64,000 nt of DNA from positions 17,625 to 81,624 of IMG/VR virus record IMGVR_UViG_3300031566_000011; one strand, 5' to 3'. Below the pieces are notes generated by a model that was given only the letters and a program-made list of their open reading frames with translations, ran no database searches and was not told where the DNA came from. Shown one piece after another: positions 20,601 through 31,100 of this stretch. This DNA comes from a virus. Its lineage: Duplodnaviria; Heunggongvirae; Uroviricota; Caudoviricetes. The translations under genes were made by a program, and so were the position numbers. The first letter of the stretch is position 1; the number at the start of each line of letters is the position of its first letter.

Positions 20601-22007
20601 ATGAAAAAATATTTATTAAGTTTACTTTTTATAGTTTTACTTTTCTCAAATTTATTGGCGGTTCAAGATGGAACAGGAAACGATGTTGTAGACATAACTA
20701 AATATAGTGGCACACCTGTTAATTATATTAGGAATAACGGTGGATTTTTGGAAAGTCTATTTAATGGCACTTACCGCAATATAGGAATGCAACCGCCAAA
20801 TTTAGTTTATGTTTTTGATAATTCAGATCTTCCTGAAGCTATTGGAGGTGTAATAGACTTGGTTGATAATATTAGGTATATTTTTCCACGAGGTGAGCAA
20901 ATTACAATTACTGATAAGTTAAAATTAGGGGAAGGAACATATATTGAGCACGCCTCAATTTCAACTAATTCATCAATTGAATTTGCAAATGGAACTTTGT
21001 CATTATTAACTCAAATTCAAGATTCTAGTTTGATTTATACAGGCACAGGTAGTTTTCTGTCAACTGCCGATACAGGTGCTCAAATTATCCGTCTATTAAG
21101 ATCTAGGATAACATGCACAAACGGAGTAATATTTGATTTATCTACTACGATTCCAAGCGGAATATTCATATTTGATCAATCATCAATATTGGCTGCTGAG
21201 GATATTGGCACAATTGAAGGAATGGGGTTTGTTAGTTCTATATCAAGATTTATCAATTTTGGAGATGGTCTAAAATTAGTAAATAATTATCAAGGAATAG
21301 ACATAAACACCTTACAAATGCAACAAGGTTTAAATAATTCAATTAAGCATATAGATATTTCTGGAACATGTCAGCAATTAAGCATTCGAAATTTTTTAGG
21401 CAAACCGAAATCTAATGAAAAAATATTTTATTTGAATCCTAATTTAGCTTATGAAGGTATCGTTGTTGCAAATTGCCCTATTGATTTAAGTGAAAGTGGC
21501 GTTGATAATACAAATATTTTTGATACTGGAAGTTTAGACAATACTAGCATAGGAGTTAAATTTACTGGAAATGTTAATATTCCTGATTCTAAAAAGTTTG
21601 TATCAATGTATTATGTTGGGTTATCTAGCGTTACAACTTCTAACCCTACGCCTCAAAATTTTGTTACAACGTGGCAGGAAAACAACCTAGAGAGATTTAC
21701 TTCTGTGTCTACTGGGACAGTTACATATATCGGCGTTGAAAATATTAATGTTATTGTTAGTTTAGACTTGACGATTTCTGTTGCAGCTGCATCTTCTTGG
21801 AGTTTTTATCTTTATAAAAATGGTGTTCAGATTTCTAATTTTCCTTATAATTTTGATATTACAATTCAATTAGCAGGTAATAAAATTCATGTTTTCCCAA
21901 AGGCAAATGTTAATTTAAAAACTGGAGATTATTTAGAAATAAGAGTAAGTGGAAACAACAGCACATTAACAACATACGATGGTCAGGGCTATATCTGGCA
22001 GTTATAG
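20601..22007 (+). CDS. fibre/depolymerase-like protein with N-terminal signal-like hydrophobic segment
   Basis: 468 aa. N-terminus MKKYLLSLLFIVLLFSNLLAVQDG, paralogous to the previous gene's N-terminus. Beta-rich. Confidence 0.3.
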   Translation: MKKYLLSLLFIVLLFSNLLAVQDGTGNDVVDITKYSGTPVNYIRNNGGFLESLFNGTYRNIGMQPPNLVYVFDNSDLPEAIGGVIDLVDNIRYIFPRGEQITITDKLKLGEGTYIEHASISTNSSIEFANGTLSLLTQIQDSSLIYTGTGSFLSTADTGAQIIRLLRSRITCTNGVIFDLSTTIPSGIFIFDQSSILAAEDIGTIEGMGFVSSISRFINFGDGLKLVNNYQGIDINTLQMQQGLNNSIKHIDISGTCQQLSIRNFLGKPKSNEKIFYLNPNLAYEGIVVANCPIDLSESGVDNTNIFDTGSLDNTSIGVKFTGNVNIPDSKKFVSMYYVGLSSVTTSNPTPQNFVTTWQENNLERFTSVSTGTVTYIGVENINVIVSLDLTISVAAASSWSFYLYKNGVQISNFPYNFDITIQLAGNKIHVFPKANVNLKTGDYLEIRVSGNNSTLTTYDGQGYIWQL

Positions 22008-22091
22008 ATATAAATATTGGTTGTGGGTTTTGAGGTGTTTATAATTTAATGTTAAATTTAGTAAAATAATAAAAGGATGGTATTTTAGTAT

Positions 22092-22520
22092 ATGGTTAAT
22101 TTTCCAGACGTTGTCAATTTATTTTTATATAGAGAAGTATTTACTGCAAAAAGCACAATAGGTAAATTATATCTAAATGGAAAAGCATTTTGTTATACTT
22201 TGGAAGATGTTGTAAGAGCAGATGGAATAAAGATACAGGATGAGACAGCTATTCCAGAAGGTGTATATAAAGTAATTCTAAGCATGTCTAATAGATTTAA
22301 AAGAATAATGCCTTTATTATTAAATGTGCCTAATTTTAATGGTGTTAGAATGCATGGAGGAAATAAATCAGAAAATACCTCAGGTTGCCCTCTTCTTGCC
22401 TTTAAAAAGCTAGATAATTATACAATATATAATTCAGCTGAGAGTTTGTTAACTGAGTGTTTGCAACGACAAGATAAAAAATTAGATATATTATTGACAA
22501 TTCAAAATAAAAAATTATAA
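22092..22520 (+). CDS. hypothetical protein, possible cell-wall hydrolase (endolysin candidate)
   Basis: 142 aa. Motifs YTLEDV…IPEGVYKV…NVPNFNGVRMHGGN…TSGCPLL recall a small phage-associated peptidase-like family. Lies just upstream of a holin-like gene. Confidence 0.25.
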   Translation: MVNFPDVVNLFLYREVFTAKSTIGKLYLNGKAFCYTLEDVVRADGIKIQDETAIPEGVYKVILSMSNRFKRIMPLLLNVPNFNGVRMHGGNKSENTSGCPLLAFKKLDNYTIYNSAESLLTECLQRQDKKLDILLTIQNKKL

Positions 22521-22542
22521 TAAATATATTAAAGGAATTAAA

Positions 22543-22848
22543 ATGAAAAAAAATCTTGAAAATACTAGTATAAAAATAGGATTAAAACCAACTTTATATG
22601 TTGCATCTCTTATTTCTATAGGTATATTTTGGTTGCTTATCTTTATTGGCAAAGGATACTCACAAAGATTAGTAACAGCTGAAAACTTAGGAATAAAAAA
22701 TCAAAGATTGGTAACAGAGAGTAGAATAGAAAGAGCAATTTTAGGAGAAAAAATTGACACTCTTGTTAGAGGTCAGGAAGATATGGGAGAAAATTTAGAA
22801 AAAATTGTTGGATATTTAATGGAAAATAATAAAAAAACGGAGAAATAA
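22543..22848 (+). CDS. holin-like small membrane protein
   Basis: 101 aa. One strong TM segment (LYVASLISIGIFWLLIFIG) and a charged C-terminus. Confidence 0.3.
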   Translation: MKKNLENTSIKIGLKPTLYVASLISIGIFWLLIFIGKGYSQRLVTAENLGIKNQRLVTESRIERAILGEKIDTLVRGQEDMGENLEKIVGYLMENNKKTEK

Positions 22849-22851
22849 ATA

Positions 22852-23250
22852 ATGAGTTGGTTTCTAAAAGAAAAAGAAAAATATAAATATAAAGTTTTGG
22901 AAGACATATATTATGTTTCTAAAAGATATAGCAAAACAGTAAAAGTAGAAAAAGGATTTAAGTCAGATGGTGCTACTGGTGCTAGGGATATTTTTGGAGA
23001 CGTTACAGTAAAGATAATTGGAACAAAAAACACACGGCTTGTATCAAAAGCATTTTTAATACATGATAAACTTTGCGATACAGGAAAATTTTATGATGGC
23101 ACGTTATGTCCTAATTGGAAAGCATCACAAATATTATCTGATATTTTATTAGCAGAGGGACATAAATACAGAGCTAAATATTGGTTCTGGTCTACTTATT
23201 TATTTGGTGGTGGATTGGCTAGAAAAAATGGTATGATAAACTTAAAATAA
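22852..23250 (+). CDS. DUF1353-like phage protein
   Basis: Motifs GFKSDGATGA…AFLIHDKLCD resemble the conserved DUF1353 pattern (TDGAS…HD). Confidence 0.3.
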   Translation: MSWFLKEKEKYKYKVLEDIYYVSKRYSKTVKVEKGFKSDGATGARDIFGDVTVKIIGTKNTRLVSKAFLIHDKLCDTGKFYDGTLCPNWKASQILSDILLAEGHKYRAKYWFWSTYLFGGGLARKNGMINLK

Positions 23251-23275
23251 TTTAATCAACAAAATAAAACCGTTA

Positions 23276-23926
23276 CTAATTTTTTAATATTTTTATAGAT
23301 GATGGATAATTAACTAATTGATATAATTCGTTACACAAAGATCCATTGTATATAACAGTATTTTTATATTTAACAGGTTCAGGCTTATCTTGGTGAATAT
23401 GCCCACAAATAATATATTTAGGTGCTATTTCATCCTCGTCAAGCATCTTTTTTAATATTTCACAACCAACTTCTTCTCCTTTAGAAGTTTTATCTAAAAT
23501 TTGATAAGGTGGTGCATGTGTTATTAAAACATCTACATCTTTTGGAATATTATTAAATTTCTTCTCACGTCTTTTTTCGTCTGCCATAAAAGCCCAATTA
23601 TTAAATGGCTTGCTCCAAGGCGTTCCGTAAAACTTAACTCCATCAATAACTACTTCCATATCTTCTAAATATACAATATCATCTTCTAATAAAATCATTT
23701 TTGTTATTGCTAATTCTTGAAAACAAACATCATGATTTCCTGCTACAACTATTATATTTTTATATTTATATTTTATTTTGTTTAATTCATTTAAAACTAT
23801 ATAGAATTCACCAAAAGATCCACTCTTTAATATATCACCAGCGATTATAAGCACGTCTCCTGAGGGTAAATTTAGTTCGTGCAATGGTTTAATCATATGT
23901 GTATCTGAAATAGCTATTATTTTCAT
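23276..23926 (-). CDS. calcineurin-like metallophosphoesterase
   Basis: MKIIAISDTHM…GDILKSG…VAGNHDVCF…GHIHQD: canonical MPE motifs I-VI. Confidence 0.6.
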   Translation of the reverse strand: MKIIAISDTHMIKPLHELNLPSGDVLIIAGDILKSGSFGEFYIVLNELNKIKYKYKNIIVVAGNHDVCFQELAITKMILLEDDIVYLEDMEVVIDGVKFYGTPWSKPFNNWAFMADEKRREKKFNNIPKDVDVLITHAPPYQILDKTSKGEEVGCEILKKMLDEDEIAPKYIICGHIHQDKPEPVKYKNTVIYNGSLCNELYQLVNYPSSIKILKN

Positions 23927-23929
23927 ACT

Positions 23930-24142
23930 TTATTGATTCCTTTTGTCGATAGATACTTGTATTAAATGTTTATAATCTTCTAAATTTTCACATTTATAAA
24001 TATCTTCAAGTTTTAAATATATTCCTAATTTTTCTTTATCTTCAAAATATTTAAGTCTTTCCTTCTGCATATATATAAAATTCGTAATAAAAATATTACT
24101 TTTCTTAAAGTTATACAAAATATTGTTAAACATTTCATCCAT
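23930..24142 (-). CDS. hypothetical protein
   Basis: 70-aa ORF, 4-nt gap to the downstream MPE gene. Confidence 0.25.
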   Translation of the reverse strand: MDEMFNNILYNFKKSNIFITNFIYMQKERLKYFEDKEKLGIYLKLEDIYKCENLEDYKHLIQVSIDKRNQ

Positions 24143-24309
24143 AATAATTTCTCCTTTAATTAAAAAAGTATATGGCAGTCTTTTAAATTTTGACTTTTAA
24201 ACCCTTAACGATACCAATTCCAGAACAAGGACGAACCTTGAACCTATCGCATCCATGTTAAGCTGAATGTGGGAATGCCTTACGACTATACTTTAAGTAT
24301 TTTAATAAA

Positions 24310-26298
24310 CTAAAATTCATCCTTAATATCTTCTAGTTTATATGTTTTTTCGTTATATTTCAGATTAACAACTACACCATCCGTAGCCTTGCCTAATGAT
24401 TTATTTTTTAATTTATTTACAAGCATTTGTGTTATTTTTGATAATGGTGCAATGCCTTTATCAATAACCTCCCTTTCCCGATGAATACATATACCATAAT
24501 CGGCTTTTGACCACCAAGCATGGCTTCCGCTAGCATCTTTTATGTGAGGAATTTTTAGTATTTCCTTATTTTCGTTATCAACCTTTATTTGTGCATTTGG
24601 CATCTTTGAAGGATGAACCACAATCGCCACAAAAATATTATGTTTCTTTGCAAAGTTCCTAAGTTCAGTTAGCATATTTTCTATATGTTTATGCTCTTTA
24701 TCTGTTGGAGTTTCTAACATATTATAAGGATCTATAACTAGATTATTAATACCATATTTTTTTATTTGTATTTCTGCCTTTTCTAGTATCTCTGTAACTG
24801 ACCAAGTTTTCTCAGTGTCTAACATATATATATAATCATTAAAATAATCAATAGATTTTAAAACATCATCTTTTGTCATGGAGTTTTCACAAACTTTTTT
24901 AAGATAATTAAATATCCCAACTTTTCTACCAATGAATTCATTACTTATATTAAAATCACAAAGATTCTTTATTAGCATAAACTTTTCTGTTATAACACAA
25001 TTTTTATTGATATAACCATCATCAAACAAAGAAAAATAAAGATTATCATTATCCTTTAAAGATATATCTTTTATTTTAAGTCTACTTATACATGGTGCGA
25101 ATTTTTTTTCTTTATACATTTCTGCAAAAGAAGAAAAATGATGCTTACTTGTAGTTTCAAAGCTACATATTAAACTTTTATGCCCATGTTGTTTTATTAA
25201 ATTAAATAAAAGGTTATCCATAAAGAATGATTTACCTCTTGAAGGATGCCCTGTCAAAACCATAACATATTGTGGTTTTATTGTTAACCATTTATCTACC
25301 GAATCCCATCCAGTCAAAAACCCTTCACCATAACCAGATTCATAATAATCCATAATACTATCTTTTATTTCAGACATAGTGACTATTCCATCTGTTGGAA
25401 GAAATTTTGAACTTTCGTGTAATTCTTTTAAAGCCTTCCCTGTTTCATCATAACATAAAAGTTCATTGGCATCTTTATATTTATCAGGAGATGTTAAATA
25501 ATCAATAAATCCCCAATCGACTACTTTACATTTTGTCTTGCCCTGAGGTAAACGTAATAATAAATTATTTTTTATTTTTCTGCCAATTTCATCATTATCG
25601 GTAGCTATAATAAACTTATCAAATTGTTCTAACCATTCCCAGCAATTTTCAATACATTCTAATTTTGTTTCAACACCACCAATAGGGATAGACACAGCTG
25701 GGATACCAATCTGTGCATAAGACAATGGCTCTATTTCTCCTTCGGTAATTGTTAACTCTCTTGTCCCTACTGGTATTTGATCCATTCCATAAAATATTTT
25801 TTTTGAATTTGGAGATATTCTATATTTTGATTTTCCATCCTTTGTAGGTTTTTTATATTTTATGCTTACTATCTCGTTATTCCAATAATAAGGAAATAAA
25901 ATTTCTTTATTACTATTGCATTCTATTTTATATTTATCCACAACAGATCTTGATATTTTTCTTTTTTCAAAATATTTATATAAAATTTCCTTTTTATCGA
26001 TAGGTGTAATGTCTGTATCTTTTAAGGTAGGTTTTATGTATTCTTTTTTATAATCATTATAATGTTGTTTAACTACATTTGTATCATAAAAAACTTTTCC
26101 TTTGAATATGCCACAATGATGACATTTATATACTACACCATCAGAAACAAATGTTACAGATAAACAAGGAGTTTTTTTATTTGAATCAGATCTTGTATGT
26201 GAACAATTTGGACAAATATACACACCATTTTGTTTTATTAAATTACCATGTCTATCTTTAATATTTAGTTCTAATAATTCATTTTCCCATTTCACCAC
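24310..26298 (-). CDS. bifunctional DNA primase-helicase (DnaB/T7 gp4-like)
   Basis: N-terminal Zn-finger CPNCSH…CHHCG. Central TOPRIM-like segment. C-terminal Walker A LTGHPSRGKSFF with DnaB-like helicase motifs. 662 aa. Confidence 0.65.
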   Translation of the reverse strand: MVKWENELLELNIKDRHGNLIKQNGVYICPNCSHTRSDSNKKTPCLSVTFVSDGVVYKCHHCGIFKGKVFYDTNVVKQHYNDYKKEYIKPTLKDTDITPIDKKEILYKYFEKRKISRSVVDKYKIECNSNKEILFPYYWNNEIVSIKYKKPTKDGKSKYRISPNSKKIFYGMDQIPVGTRELTITEGEIEPLSYAQIGIPAVSIPIGGVETKLECIENCWEWLEQFDKFIIATDNDEIGRKIKNNLLLRLPQGKTKCKVVDWGFIDYLTSPDKYKDANELLCYDETGKALKELHESSKFLPTDGIVTMSEIKDSIMDYYESGYGEGFLTGWDSVDKWLTIKPQYVMVLTGHPSRGKSFFMDNLLFNLIKQHGHKSLICSFETTSKHHFSSFAEMYKEKKFAPCISRLKIKDISLKDNDNLYFSLFDDGYINKNCVITEKFMLIKNLCDFNISNEFIGRKVGIFNYLKKVCENSMTKDDVLKSIDYFNDYIYMLDTEKTWSVTEILEKAEIQIKKYGINNLVIDPYNMLETPTDKEHKHIENMLTELRNFAKKHNIFVAIVVHPSKMPNAQIKVDNENKEILKIPHIKDASGSHAWWSKADYGICIHREREVIDKGIAPLSKITQMLVNKLKNKSLGKATDGVVVNLKYNEKTYKLEDIKDEF

Positions 26299-26335
26299 GT
26301 TGCACCTCTTTTTAAATCATTTTTTAATACATTGT

Positions 26336-27454
26336 TTAACTAATCCTCATTGGTGATACAATATTTAAATAATTATTATTTTCAATATTTTGTGTTAACA
26401 TAAAAGGATTGATAGACCCATTATAGTTTAATATAATTTCATTTGAAACTGAATTTTTTAAAAAATCTAAAATATATTCAATTTGATAAGATATTTTTAA
26501 TTCATCACCATTATAATTTACATCCATTTCTTCATTGAAACATAGGTTTGACATAGAAAGTGATCTGCTTTCAAATATAACCTTATTATCTTTAAATGTT
26601 GCTATCATTTGACCTATTTGTGTTTGTTCTTTTACTATTAAACTTCTTCTATGAATAGATTCAAATACTTGTTTGTTTATAATTATTTTTTCATTAAATT
26701 TCTTTGGAATCATGCTTGTAATATCTGGGAATTTCCCATCTATTGTTTTTGTAATAAATATCGTTTCTTCTATATTAAATATAATATTATTATTTTTTTT
26801 AATAATAGATAAATCACCTTTAGTTTTCGATAAAAGTTTCAATAAACTCAAACAGCTATTTGTTCCAATAATAAAAACTTCATTTTCACCATTATAATTA
26901 ATGTTGTTTTTAATTAAAGATATCACTCTACCATTCGTCGCACATGTTTTGATTATGTTTTTATTTATATCAAAATTAATACCCATTAAATTATATCTTG
27001 ATTGATCGACAGATACAGCATAAAGGGTTTTTCGTATCATATCTGATAGCATATCTACATTCATTTCAATCTTATTTGAATTATCGTCATGTTGAATAAT
27101 TGTATAAGTAAATTCTTCTGCACTACTTCCCTTTAATGAAAACTTTGATTTTTTATCACTTATTTTTAAATTATATTCATTGTCACTTTTTACAATAATG
27201 CTATCATTAGAAAACGAATTTATTATTTCAAAAAGCTTATTTGCTGGTATACACATATCTAAAGGTTCTTCTATAATTGCATTACAATATGTAACTAATG
27301 AATCTATCGGATTGCTTGCAGTTATTTTTATCCTATTTTTCAAGCACTCAATTAACACATTTTGTGACATAATTGCTTCGTTTTTGCTTAACGCTATAGG
27401 TATTATTTTTTCTAATTCCTTTAAAAATTCTTTTTTATTTAATGTTATTTTCAT
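26336..27454 (-). CDS. DNA polymerase sliding clamp (DnaN-like)
   Basis: 372 aa. N-terminus MKITLNKKEFLKELEKIIPIALSKNEAIMSQNVLIE follows the DnaN pattern (MKFTIEREHLLKPLQ…). Size matches a three-domain clamp. Confidence 0.45.
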   Translation of the reverse strand: MKITLNKKEFLKELEKIIPIALSKNEAIMSQNVLIECLKNRIKITASNPIDSLVTYCNAIIEEPLDMCIPANKLFEIINSFSNDSIIVKSDNEYNLKISDKKSKFSLKGSSAEEFTYTIIQHDDNSNKIEMNVDMLSDMIRKTLYAVSVDQSRYNLMGINFDINKNIIKTCATNGRVISLIKNNINYNGENEVFIIGTNSCLSLLKLLSKTKGDLSIIKKNNNIIFNIEETIFITKTIDGKFPDITSMIPKKFNEKIIINKQVFESIHRRSLIVKEQTQIGQMIATFKDNKVIFESRSLSMSNLCFNEEMDVNYNGDELKISYQIEYILDFLKNSVSNEIILNYNGSINPFMLTQNIENNNYLNIVSPMRIS

Positions 27455-27469
27455 ATATTCTCCTATATT

Positions 27470-28138
27470 TTAATTATTTTTTAAAAAACATAATCTATCC
27501 AATCCAATAGAAATTTCAAAATTATTTATATTATTTTCAAAGTCATTCCTTAAAGACATACTACACACTTCTAAACCATTTATTATAATATCAGTAGTTT
27601 CAAGTGAATATTTAGGTAATCTGTCTGATAATTCCATTTCTACTTTATATTTACTAAATTCATTTTCATAAAAACTAAATATAAACTCTTTTAATATGTT
27701 TGGATAATCCGCTTTTGTTGTATTAGAGTATAATAATTGAAATTCTAATTGATAAAATTCTTTTAATCTTATGTTTTTAAAAGTTTTATCTTGTTCGTTT
27801 CTGAAAGATTTTCCAGATTGCCAAACACATAATGGAAGTTTAGCTTCATAATGTTTTAATAAATATTTCGCAATATTATAGCTCCCCTTTGTTGTTTCTG
27901 GTCTTAAACAAAAATCCTCATTAGTTTCAAATATATAATTTTTTTCTAAAAAATATTCATTATCTATACTTTCCTTATCTTGCAATAATGACGTTTCTAT
28001 TTGCCTAAAGTCAATTGCTTTATTTAATCTAAATAATTTATTTTTCAATTCAATTGATATATTTTTTATAAGATATTCTCTATTGAAAATATCTTTTTCA
28101 TCATAAAAAACAAATCCATTATTATTTATATTTTGCAT
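27470..28138 (-). CDS. class II aminoacyl-tRNA synthetase-like mini-protein (GlyRS-like catalytic core fragment)
   Basis: CLRPETTKG…KLPLCVWQSGKSFRNEQDKTFKNIRLKEFYQLEFQ matches GlyRS (alpha2-type) motif 2 (LRPETAQG…KLPF…IGNSFRNE…IRVREFTMAEIE). ISIGLDRL resembles motif 3. Only 222 aa and no anticodon-binding domain. Confidence 0.45.
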   Translation of the reverse strand: MQNINNNGFVFYDEKDIFNREYLIKNISIELKNKLFRLNKAIDFRQIETSLLQDKESIDNEYFLEKNYIFETNEDFCLRPETTKGSYNIAKYLLKHYEAKLPLCVWQSGKSFRNEQDKTFKNIRLKEFYQLEFQLLYSNTTKADYPNILKEFIFSFYENEFSKYKVEMELSDRLPKYSLETTDIIINGLEVCSMSLRNDFENNINNFEISIGLDRLCFLKNN

Positions 28139-28158
28139 ACATTACCTCTTTATTTTTT

Positions 28159-31100
28159 TTATTGATAATACTCTATTCCTTCAACATCCCCAGAATTACA
28201 ATTTTCACAGTAATCTATCAATCCTTTTACCATAGTGCCACATTTAGAACACACACTAAATTCTGGTGATATAACAATTTGAGCAGTATTTGTATTATCC
28301 CATGTTTTTTTAACTAAATTATATATTGATTCTTTTGAAGGAAGATTTTCCCCAACAAAAGCATGTATAATTGCACCTGCTGCAATTAATGAGTGAAATT
28401 TACTTTGTTTTTCTATTCTTTCTGTTATCGGCATATCAATTGATGCATTAAAATGTATACTGTTGGTGTAATAATATGTATCAAGATCATCCCCCTTTAT
28501 ATAATTTTTACTTATTGGATATTCTTTTAAATCAACCTTAGCAAGTCTCCTAGATGTAGATTCTGCTGGCGATTCTTCTATTACACATTTTAAGCCAAAC
28601 TTTTCTGTAAATTTTTTTGTCTTTAAAAACATATTTGTAATAATTTTAATTCCAATTTTAAATGTTTCATCATCTTCATGTAATTCTTTTTCAGTTAAGA
28701 ACTGGACACATTCATTTAATCCTATTACACCAAATATGTAAGATGCAGAATTAAGATCAATATATGGAAACCCATCGCATGATGGTTGTCCTACATTATA
28801 CATAGGTGATCCTTTTGTGTCAAACATTTTTTGAATAAATTTTCTTTTTTGTATATGTGCATTCATTGCAATATCCATAGAAATTAAAATATCATCTATT
28901 GCTTCTTGTATATTTCCTTTTCCTGCTCTATATGCAGCCTGTGCAAGATTTATTGTTACATTTTGAAACCCACAATATCTCATATGTTCTGGATTTGAAA
29001 TCATAAGCATATCTTGTTTATTCTTCTCATCTAATGTCGTGCGGAGTCTACAGCAGGAAGATAATGTAATAGCATCTCTATCAAAAATAAAATATATAGA
29101 ACCATTTTTACTAGTAACTTCACAAGCAAAATTTAATAATTCTTTTTCATTTTCACGTTCAAAACTATTTTTTGTTATATGTAGGTCTATTTTTGGAAAT
29201 TCGAACAATCTTCCATTTTTATCACCAATCATTACTACTTCCATAATAGCTTTTGCGAACATTTGCGATTCTTTTTCATATTCAAAATATGTTTTCCCAG
29301 TGTATTCTCCTCCTTGTCCAATAGCCTGAACACAGCTCAAACTTTCGGGAATACCAGTATGTAGATTAAAATCAGTGAATAATGTATTATGTGCAAATAA
29401 TCCACACCCTAATAAAAAATTTTCATGTTCCCTAACAGAAATATCATAAACATATTCATCCTGTTCAGTGCTTTTATTTATACTAATTACTTCTAACGGT
29501 AATAATTTAATAGATTTTTCTATGTTGGTTATTAGTGTCTCCATTAAATTAATTTGGTTTTTTATTATTGTTTTTGCCATTTCAAATACTTTATCATTTT
29601 CTATATCTCTCATACAAAAGTTTCTATTAAATGTGTTTTGTAATGTATTTTTTGAAATATTATCAAATAAGTATAAATCCTCAAATACTTCCTTAATATT
29701 CTGTTTATTTATTTTAGTTGAATAAGATAAATATTCTTTAATAGCTTTTTTTGTTTTATCATATATTTCGTTTAATCTATTTTCTTTTATTTTATAACAT
29801 TTTAATGATATTTTACTTTTATAAACATTTTTTATATCTATTTTTAAATGATTATAATTATATTTTAATTGATTATAATTTTTTGTATTATTTATTTTAT
29901 GAGAATTAAAATTATTTAATAATTCATTTTTTTTATCATTATGCCTTTTTAGTAAAAAATCTATTTTATCAAAATTATCTATTCCTATAGTTAATCTATA
30001 TTGTTTTTTACTCTTTTTTACTAATTTATTATTTATAAATATATTTTTTTTAGGATAAATAATATCTTGCCTAACATTACATCCTATTTTTGAAAATGCT
30101 AAATGTAAATGCTTGGCTAAAATATTAGATACAGTAGAGCAACCAATCCTATTTTTACAAACCCATCCATCCCCTGATAAATATCCAGAAATAAAACTTT
30201 TAACAATATGTTTATTATTAAATAATATACAAGATGGGATTTGTTTTTCATAAACTATATTTCCAAACAAATTACAAAACAATATTCTTGCAAGTTTGTT
30301 TGATAATGTAACTTTATTTTTTTTTATAGATGCTTTTTTACCGAAAACATTGAAGAATAAATTTGAGATTATGGTTTTCATCTTTATACCTTCGAATATG
30401 TGTATTTCTATTGAATTGTCACATTCCCCACCATCTGCAACATACATGCCAGCCAATAATGCAAAATCATCATCAATATCTATAAACCTTTTTATTATAC
30501 CAATTTTATGTTTTTTATACCAAATATGAGTATTTGTATATTCAATTTCATCAATATCTTCTTTTGGAACATAATTCAATAAATCTATTTTTGGTATTTT
30601 TTTATTAATATCAAAATTAATATGACTTAAAAAATGTTCAGGCATAGAATTTGGATTGGTTTCATTTATTTTGCTATTTTTATCAATACTAAATAAACTG
30701 TGGTCTTCAGTAACACTTGTCTTTATTCCATTAGCACAAGTAATGTCTACTAATTTATTTTTTCTTTCATGTTTAACTGCCCCATAAATATCAGATAAAA
30801 CACATTCACCAGTTTCTTTGTTTAGACTAATCGCTTTATACTTATTTATATCATTCTTATTATCAAATTTATTATAAAATTCTTCTATGGTTGGAATTTC
30901 TATTTTTTGCGTAATTGTATTGTAAACATAAATAGTTTCACATCCTTTAATTGATTGCCCACCTCTAGAAAAGGCATTCTGTGACAAACTAAATACTAAA
31001 TATTGTGCTTCTTTTAACATTTCTTCATATGTCATACCAACTAAATATGGGGCATAAGATATGTTCACATATGATAACCCTAGTGCTCCTGCATAATATG

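Noticed and set aside
27470-28138. Initial guess that the ORF downstream of nrdD encodes the missing glycyl-radical domain
   Set aside because: The sequence has class II aaRS motifs (LRPETTKG, SGKSFRNE, GLDRL) and no RVxGY-like glycine loop. It starts with its own RBS 20 nt after the nrdD stop.
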